This document shows, in pieces, positions 26,009 through 32,556 of a DNA stretch of 32,556 bases. Position numbers and translations under genes: made by a program. The stretch lies in IMG/VR virus record IMGVR_UViG_3300050343_000142; one strand, written 5' to 3'. Under the pieces are notes generated by a model that saw only the letters and a list, made by a program, of their open reading frames with translations, had not been told where the DNA came from and did no database searches. The DNA comes from an uncultured virus (IMG/VR IMGVR_UViG_3300050343_000142). Lineage: Duplodnaviria > Heunggongvirae > Uroviricota > Caudoviricetes. Each line of letters begins with the position of its first letter. The first letter of the stretch is position 1.

Positions 26009-26590
26009 TTAGTTCGTCTCCTCATCCTGTCTCGTGTATCTTACATGAGCAGCCGTGTTCATAGGAGTACTTCGTCTATTGGCGAACCAATTGACGATGT
26101 TTTTCCATGTAAAGAAGTGCTGTTGACCCTCATGACTATGATAGTCTCTGAGTCGCTCGCCCATCCATGATGAACCTTGTTGTCTAGTAGTTACGAACGT
26201 ATCCACATCTGAGTCAATCGTATCTTCAAACTCTTCATCAAGGTAGTCTCTATCTACCTCATCTGAATGGTCCCAACGATTGTCATGTAAGTCGTCCTCA
26301 GCTACGTCAACTGCATTACCAATAATGGCGGTGCATTCTTCTACATCACCTCGTTGCCAAGCATCAATTAAGTCGCTTAGCTCACCACTATCTTCTAGCA
26401 TATCCTCTAAAGATACATGAGTTTCTGCCTCATAGTGAACATTTTGGTATTGCATAACACGTTCTGTCCAACGATATTTAGTTGTGAACACCAACTCAAG
26501 TAACTTGCTAACGTCATCTTGTGTTGGATTCCTTTTTCCAATAAGCTTCTTCAGGTCTTCATGAAGGAACTTTGGTATTGGTTTGTTCAT
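26009..26590 (-). CDS. Acidic hypothetical protein (IR copy; E>D and T>S changes)
   Basis: Mirror of 5139..5720. Confidence 0.75.
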   Translation of the reverse strand: MNKPIPKFLHEDLKKLIGKRNPTQDDVSKLLELVFTTKYRWTERVMQYQNVHYEAETHVSLEDMLEDSGELSDLIDAWQRGDVEECTAIIGNAVDVAEDDLHDNRWDHSDEVDRDYLDEEFEDTIDSDVDTFVTTRQQGSSWMGERLRDYHSHEGQQHFFTWKNIVNWFANRRSTPMNTAAHVRYTRQDEETN

Positions 26591-26694
26591 AGTCTTTCTC
26601 CTTTTAGTATTGGCATGTATTTCTACATGGGTAAGCGTTTTACTTACCTGACGGGGCACCAAGCATGAAACTTGATACCCCGATAAGCTAAGTA

Positions 26695-27756
26695 CTACTT
26701 AGACTTTTTGTTTGATTTATTCTTCTTAGACTTTTTCTTAGTCTTAGTAGACATGTCAAACAAAGTAGGCTGACCGTCTGTAACAGGTTCTCCACCTTGG
26801 TAGAGCATTCCTGAATACAAAGCTGCATCAATCATCTCGTCAGATGCTTCGATGTTGTCATATACCCAATCAATTACATGCTCGATTGATTTACAATCTG
26901 AGTTGCACATTCTTTCATAGATACCAGCTACAGTCTTACCACACTCAGAACAACGAAGACCGTCCCATGTCATTTCGACACAGAACGAATCTTTCATTTC
27001 CTTGTGGTCAAGCACTCCAACTTCTTGGAATGGTAGCCACAGGTCTGAATGGTAAACCAACCAGTCATTGATTTCGCCTTCTTCTACTAAGTCGACGTCA
27101 TCAACTATTGGTAAGATTTCGCAATTATCTGAGATAGTTACGCCATCTATCGTTTGAGTTGTTCCTCGATGGTAGTTGTAGCTAACAAACTTCCTACTCT
27201 CGTAAGAGCTGTTACTAAACCACACACCTCCATCCCATACACCAAGCTTTTCACCTATGATATAAGTGTCATACTTAGTCTTAGCAGATGTTAAGAACAC
27301 CAACTTATTTCCGTAACCTTGGTTAATCATTTCGTCAACCATGTCTTGGAAGTAAGGGTCATCCAATTTCTGCACTGGAATGTACTTCATAAAGTAATCT
27401 ATGAAGAATCGAGTGTCAGATAACGCAGACTTAGCTGGTGGTATAAATGCTTCTGGCAATATACCATTATGTGCCATGACTGTGTTCTTGTTGACCTCAA
27501 ACGGGTGAGTATTGTCGATGCATACAGCACCATGAGTTGCTATTCTCATATGTACTAATATGTCTCGATTACCATATTTCTTCTGCGTCTCAAGTACAGT
27601 GTCAATAAAACTTTCACGTTCCATATCTTTCTCTACTTTGATTTCGCCATCGACGAAATATGCAATACCACCACCATCAGGGTTGCGTGTCCACATCTCT
27701 GATAGTTGGTCTTTGGTTACTTGTGCTCCTGCTGGAACACTAGCTATAATACACAA
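26695..27756 (-). CDS. Class II glutamine amidotransferase (IR copy)
   Basis: Same protein as 3973..5034. Confidence 0.9.
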   Translation of the reverse strand: MCIIASVPAGAQVTKDQLSEMWTRNPDGGGIAYFVDGEIKVEKDMERESFIDTVLETQKKYGNRDILVHMRIATHGAVCIDNTHPFEVNKNTVMAHNGILPEAFIPPAKSALSDTRFFIDYFMKYIPVQKLDDPYFQDMVDEMINQGYGNKLVFLTSAKTKYDTYIIGEKLGVWDGGVWFSNSSYESRKFVSYNYHRGTTQTIDGVTISDNCEILPIVDDVDLVEEGEINDWLVYHSDLWLPFQEVGVLDHKEMKDSFCVEMTWDGLRCSECGKTVAGIYERMCNSDCKSIEHVIDWVYDNIEASDEMIDAALYSGMLYQGGEPVTDGQPTLFDMSTKTKKKSKKNKSNKKSK

Positions 27757-27865
27757 TTGTGTACCTCCTTATTGTTCAACTTTTAGGTATGAACTTCACC
27801 TAGTATCCTTTCCTATATAGATACCATCGAGCCCACCATATTTCAGATGGGCTCTAGCTATCTAC

Positions 27866-29867
27866 TTATGACCAGTTAACTACATGGTCTACTTGTTCTT
27901 TGAACGAAGCACTAGATTCCATAGCCTCATTGGCTCTGGCTCTGTACCCTTTCGAGTCCAAGTATTCCGTGAGTTCTGGATACTGATGGCAATAACCAGT
28001 TGCATCTAACCAAGATACAAACAGGTATTGATTGTTTAAGTGATTCAAAACAATACCTAAATCGTCTGGTTCAAAAGCAGCTTCAAGCTCCTTCTGTATA
28101 CCACCATTGATATTTTGCATTTGATTAGTTTTGTAACTGAGTGTTACTGCGTCAGCATAAGTCATGAAAGCATCTAAGAACTGGTAGTTCTTGAGCAGTC
28201 TGGACTTCAATGTATTTGAAGCAAACGCTCTAACTTCCAGTCTGTCAGCATTCTCTATGTTAATCCAGCACGCTCTGTCAGGACTTGAAGTTCGCCTTGC
28301 TAGGTATCTTGATGTGCTACAAGCAATAGTAACTACTTGAGACTCACCATCATGATTACCACAGCGACATTCAAAGTCGTATCCAGACTCTGGTATTGAC
28401 ACTTCAGTAAGACTTAACCACTTAGCATATTCTGCATCTACTCTCTGATAGATGTCACCCAATATGTTATGGTAACCATCTTCACTTGCGTGAGTGTATT
28501 CCCATAGTCTCATATTGTGCCAAGCGATAAAGAACCAGTACTGACCTGTACTTAGTACACTCTTGGGGATATTCATATGAATACCACAACGTTTTGCATT
28601 GTATCCTCTGAACTCTGAGACCAAAGTCTCAAAGAAGTCATCGGGTAGTTTTGCAACGAACTGATGTGACATAGGTTGGAACTTGAACTCCAGACCATGT
28701 CTACCAGTCGATACGTCGTATGACCCAATAGCTAACTGATTGTTTGTACTACGTAATCTCTCATTGTTATAAGGAAAATCCTTATGCAATGGATGTAATA
28801 GTTTACGTATTCCACCAGTTAGTTGGTCTTGTAAGTCCCTATATTGAACTTCCAATTCCATTCCAATCGGTATACCCTTACGAGCATACTCTTTGGACTC
28901 ATGGGTTACATCCCTCTGTACTGTAGTGCCATATCTATTATTAGGTATAGCTACAGTACCTTGGTCAGTAGTCTGCCAAAAGGACCAATTTAGTTCAGCA
29001 GTGGTAGTCTTCATAATTGTAATTAGGAATGAATGGTACCACACCAACTCGGTCTTTTATCCAGTCCACTAAGTCGTAACGTTTGAAGTTACGTAAGTCA
29101 GTAACTCTAGTGATTAGTTCTGCTGAATAGTCAACAGTATCTAAGTCATCTTCGTTACCTACATAGTGGAAAGTGCCAGTGCTCAATTCATAGAAGTCAT
29201 AAAAGTATATTGTGCATAACACACATACTTTAATTGGTCGACTTCTACCCTGGTTGATAGTGAACATGTCAGTCGTAGGGTTACATACTGCACGACAGTG
29301 AGGACAGAACTTTCTAGTTCTTGAACTCTCTCTCATACCAGCAGTAGCAACAAGCTTACGCTTGAACATTTCTATCTTCCAGTGACTAGCTATGTTTCCA
29401 TATCTGCGTTCCTCACCATCATATGATAAGAACAACCAGTTCTTCATATCAGGTCTAGTTGGCACATACTCGAAGAAACGTACACGAAGAGTATTCTCCG
29501 TTGCTTCTACTTCATATCTAGCATTCTCCAATGCTTCCACAATATACATTCTCCTGTGAGAATAGTAACTATGGTTGAATGAGGCATGCTCATCACTTGC
29601 ATTGAACGTAGCTCTACGTCGTGAAACGTTTTGAGAACTATGGCGAGCAACTGCTACATCTACGAATCTTTCGTAAAGGTAGTAGTACAACTCATCCTCA
29701 CTATCGAAGTGATTATTGACAAGGTCATCCATGTCATCGTACTCAAAGTCGGCATCTCCACCAGTAAGCCAGTTACATGATTGCTCATGCATTTGACTTG
29801 GTAGTTCCTCCAACATAGCTACAAATTGAACAATCATCTCGTTAAACGATAGATTTTCTACTTTCAA
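27866..29867 (-). pseudogene. Frameshifted copy of the large amidoligase (or sequencing error)
   Basis: Extra C at 28999 relative to left arm splits the ORF into 290-aa and 393-aa pieces. Confidence 0.7.
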
Positions 29868-30023
29868 TTTATCTCCTTTTTTATTGGTTATACGGATTGA
29901 GGTTGACGCTCAATCTGTAGTTTTTACTGTACATTATTAATACTGCTACGTCAACTCAATATTTATAATGTTGGTGTTAAACACCCTAGACCCACTATAT
30001 CTAGTAGGTCCGAGCTGTTTAAG

Positions 30024-30149
30024 CTATATTGCCCATGACATATAACAATCATTGCAAGTAGGAGCCATACCTACTACACCGTGCCTCATGAACTTTCTAA
30101 ACTTTACTTTTGTATTCTTCATGGATTTACCACAATGACTACATAACAT
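30024..30149 (-). CDS. Zinc-ribbon microprotein (IR copy, Q>H)
   Basis: Mirror of 1581..1706. Confidence 0.65.
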   Translation of the reverse strand: MLCSHCGKSMKNTKVKFRKFMRHGVVGMAPTCNDCYMSWAI

Positions 30150-30164
30150 AAAGCCTCCTTTCTT

Positions 30165-30323
30165 TTACTTAGTTCTAGTCTCAAGAATTCTCAAACTGAT
30201 ACCTTCCTGTAAGAATGGTTCAGCAGTCATATCTTGAAGTTTAGAGGTAGCTTCTTCCTCATTATTTGCTTCGACCTTATATTGTTCTTTGACAATTTGC
30301 TCGATTACAAATATCTTCTTCAT
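30165..30323 (-). CDS. 52-aa protein (IR copy)
   Basis: Mirror of 1407..1565. Confidence 0.65.
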   Translation of the reverse strand: MKKIFVIEQIVKEQYKVEANNEEEATSKLQDMTAEPFLQEGISLRILETRTK

Positions 30324-30395
30324 ATAGTCTCCTTCTTTTAGTGGGTTAGTCGAATTACTAACACCCTAGAGCCCACGTGAATGAGCTCCGAGCTA

Positions 30396-30575
30396 TTAGC
30401 TATCTATCATTTCCTTAAAGAAACAATTGACATAAGCTGGTATCCAAACAAGACCCATAAGCTCTCGTTTTCTTTCTTTGGTAACATCCAAGTTGAATGC
30501 ATTCCACGTATATACCATCTCGTCCCTTGTCTCGTCTGACAATATAACTTTGGCAGTATCTTTTATTTTAGGCAT
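30396..30575 (-). CDS. 59-aa protein (IR copy, R>K)
   Basis: Mirror of 1155..1334. Confidence 0.7.
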   Translation of the reverse strand: MPKIKDTAKVILSDETRDEMVYTWNAFNLDVTKERKRELMGLVWIPAYVNCFFKEMIDS

Positions 30576-30648
30576 TTAGCCCTCCTTCTTTTAGTACTAA
30601 CCTTGTGTCAATACCCTAGAGCCCATCATTACAATGAGCTCCGAGTTA

Positions 30649-30849
30649 TTAACAGTCGGGACAACAGTTTGCTGTGAACAACATTAACTTAGGTGCTCCC
30701 TCGAATTCACCTAGGTTCACAAATAGATACTTTCCATAAACATCCATAGCAATATTCAATGCTTCAATGTCAGCAGTGTATCTACCTTTTGCTAAACTAT
30801 AAAAACACTCAATTAGATAAGTGATTTTCTTGAATAGACTCTTCTTCAT
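30649..30849 (-). CDS. Hypothetical protein (IR copy)
   Basis: Mirror of 881..1081. Confidence 0.7.
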   Translation of the reverse strand: MKKSLFKKITYLIECFYSLAKGRYTADIEALNIAMDVYGKYLFVNLGEFEGAPKLMLFTANCCPDC

Positions 30850-30919
30850 ATAGTCTCCTTTTTTTAGTGGTATCATTGTTAATACCCTAGAGTTCACCTC
30901 ATAAATGAACTCCGAGCTA

Positions 30920-31234
30920 TTAGCGTGGATAATTTGTATCTAGTTCAAGAAATTGTTGCCTTCTATTTTCTTGTTCAACTTCATCCAGAACACTCTCTAA
31001 CTTCTTTAAAGAATGTTTAGTATGGTTGTATCTACGCTTAGGTCCATACCAACTACTGAACTCCTTGATGTGCTCACACAACACATACTTCTTGTAGTCC
31101 GTAATTGTATATACCTCTACACGCCACCAGTGTGTCAAACTGGTAACATAATTCACGCCATAGAAACGATAGTTTTCAATGACCATGAAAACATACAGTG
31201 GTACTGCATGTATTAGTCTCATGATTAGATTCAT
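30920..31234 (-). CDS. Hypothetical protein (IR copy)
   Basis: Mirror of 496..810. Confidence 0.75.
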   Translation of the reverse strand: MNLIMRLIHAVPLYVFMVIENYRFYGVNYVTSLTHWWRVEVYTITDYKKYVLCEHIKEFSSWYGPKRRYNHTKHSLKKLESVLDEVEQENRRQQFLELDTNYPR

Positions 31235-31305
31235 GTCTCTCCTTTAGTATTGGATTAACCTTGTGTTAATACCTTAGAGCCTACCTTTCAATAGGCTCCG
31301 AGCTA

Positions 31306-31368
31306 TTAGCTAATATCGTACATAGCTTCTAATGCGTTTGGATTACGCACTATATCTTTAGCATCCAT
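31306..31368 (-). CDS. 20-aa microprotein (IR copy)
   Basis: Mirror of 362..424. Confidence 0.5.
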   Translation of the reverse strand: MDAKDIVRNPNALEAMYDIS

Positions 31369-31389
31369 ATAGCTTCCTCTCTTTCAGTT

Positions 31390-31581
31390 TTAGCTTATGT
31401 TTAAATCAGCTACAGTCTGTTCAACTGTTTGCTTCTTTTCATGTGCATGTCTTACGACTTTATCCATCAAATGGAATCTACACAAGACCTCCCTCTTATC
31501 CGTTTGACTCTGGACATAAGGTGGATATGTACACTGTTCCTCCTTCGTCTTAGAAGACGGAACCGTTTTGATACATTGCAT
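31390..31581 (-). CDS. Hypothetical protein (IR copy)
   Basis: Mirror of 149..340. Confidence 0.7.
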   Translation of the reverse strand: MQCIKTVPSSKTKEEQCTYPPYVQSQTDKREVLCRFHLMDKVVRHAHEKKQTVEQTVADLNIS

Positions 31582-31665
31582 ATGCATCTCCTTTCTTTTA
31601 GTGGTATGTTGGACTAACACACCATGCTGCCCACCAAGTCAAACTTGATGAGCAGTTGTGCTGTA

Positions 31666-31914
31666 TTAGAAACAGCCGTAGCAATCAGATAGTACTAAGG
31701 CAGGATGATGGTCACATTGATTCTTTAAAGTAGAATCTCCTATGTCTTCCATAGGTATGTAACCAACTTCTCTTTCACCAAAGCCAAGAGACTCTTCGAC
31801 AGTCTCAAGTCCAATCCAATATCTCCAGTTAGGAAATATATTGTTAAGCAACTCCCTACCTATAAACATATAAGTAAGTGTTGCAACGATTGCTGCTAGT
31901 AAATAGATATCCAT
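31666..31914 (-). CDS. Small membrane-anchored protein
   Basis: TACTAAAAAAAGGAGG leader before ATG 31914; hydrophobic N-terminus. Confidence 0.7.
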   Translation of the reverse strand: MDIYLLAAIVATLTYMFIGRELLNNIFPNWRYWIGLETVEESLGFGEREVGYIPMEDIGDSTLKNQCDHHPALVLSDCYGCF

Positions 31915-32374
31915 TGATATCCTCCTTTTTTTAGTAAACGGCATACCGTGTGTATACCTTCGGCTACTCCACCAAGAAGTAGCACAAGCTATACAACAAG
32001 CTATTGTTCATCGACAGGTCACTAGCTACTGGGTAGGAGGTCCCAAAGACTGAGCTGACTTAACAGCACTCGTCCCAGACTACCTAGTGATTATCTGTGG
32101 AGTTTTCGCCAGTACTGTCACTACTGGCTAGGTAAAACTGCCCTAAGCAGTCGCAGTACAAAGGAGTCGTACTCACTGCCTGTGGTTGATTATTAACCCG
32201 TGGCTCAACACACTCACCACGACAGGGCGTCAGTCTGTAATTAGACGCTTCACTTAGTAATGCATTACTGCATGTTTGGGATGTGACGTTTTCCCTCTCC
32301 AGATTCATAAAGTCTGGGATGACACAATCCTCTCACCTCAATACATGTCACCATGTATCTCGGTGTAGGACTCG

Positions 32375-32417
32375 TACCCGTATCAAGAGTCGAACTTGAT
32401 TAAAGACCGTCACGGGT
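32375..32417 (-). ncRNA. Minimal tRNA-like element
   Basis: ACCCGTG/TACGGGT acceptor-like stem, ACGGTC linker, TCAAG-TTCGACT-CTTGA T-arm. Confidence 0.55.
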
Positions 32418-32423
32418 GTATTA

Positions 32424-32468
32424 CTAAGTAATAGGTACAAATATCAAAGTAACTGTTACTTTGCTCAT
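32424..32468 (-). CDS. 14-aa leader-like peptide MSKVTVTLIFVPIT
   Basis: AGAAAGGAG SD five nt before ATG. Confidence 0.45.
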   Translation of the reverse strand: MSKVTVTLIFVPIT

Positions 32469-32556
32469 GTGTACTCCTTTCTCGTATATCTCACCATCCC
32501 CATCAAATAAGGGGGGGGTGGTCAAGTTATCGCTAGTGTAACTCAACTATAACGCT

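Larger units (their letters stand above)
24008..31729. repeat. Long inverted repeat, right arm (may extend to 32556)
   Basis: Reverse complement of 1..7721, with at least 8 substitutions and one 1-bp insertion seen by eye. Confidence 0.97.

Noticed and set aside
113..31617. Shadow ORFs such as 113..301, 514..717, 2803..2985, 3909..4169, 9084..9365, 10224..10541, 18942..19247, 23109..23462
   Set aside because: They are antisense or out of frame to better-supported genes with SD sites and motifs.
1..31729. Simple fold-back sequencing chimera
   Set aside because: The arms are separated by 16.3 kb of unique sequence, and the coding differences seen are mostly synonymous or conservative. Considered unlikely, but not excluded without reads.
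32084..32308. 74-aa ORF
   Set aside because: No SD at a suitable spacing, atypical composition, and it overlaps a hairpin-rich region; not fully excluded.

Overview
Low-GC phage-like DNA with no recognisable capsid, terminase, portal, tail, integrase or DNA polymerase gene. The strong AGAAAGGAGG Shine-Dalgarno and actinophage-like proteins suggest a Gram-positive host, possibly a low-GC actinobacterium (inference). Two near-identical inverted repeat (IR) arms of at least 7.7 kb (1..7721 and 24008..31729) flank a 16.3-kb unique segment. Each arm carries a run of small genes, two amidoligase (COOH-NH2 ligase-like) genes and a class II glutamine amidotransferase, punctuated by a conserved intergenic hairpin and an ACTAAAA..AAGGAG leader. 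The unique segment has two divergent operons: leftward (SLT-like, DUF1281-like, resolvase-like, replication initiator, Rad52-like, HTH, GGCT) and rightward (acidic microproteins, HTH, DUF932, SSB, ParB-like). The most unusual content is non-coding. It includes an ~870-nt structured RNA candidate with four GGTAGCTT/AAGCTAY stems, three RNA elements displaying anti-Shine-Dalgarno sequence complementary to the IR gene leaders, a 77-nt tmRNA-like tRNA domain (G3-U70) with no tag ORF, and armless tRNA-like mini-elements bracketing the IR operon. All RNA structures were read by eye and are not validated computationally.
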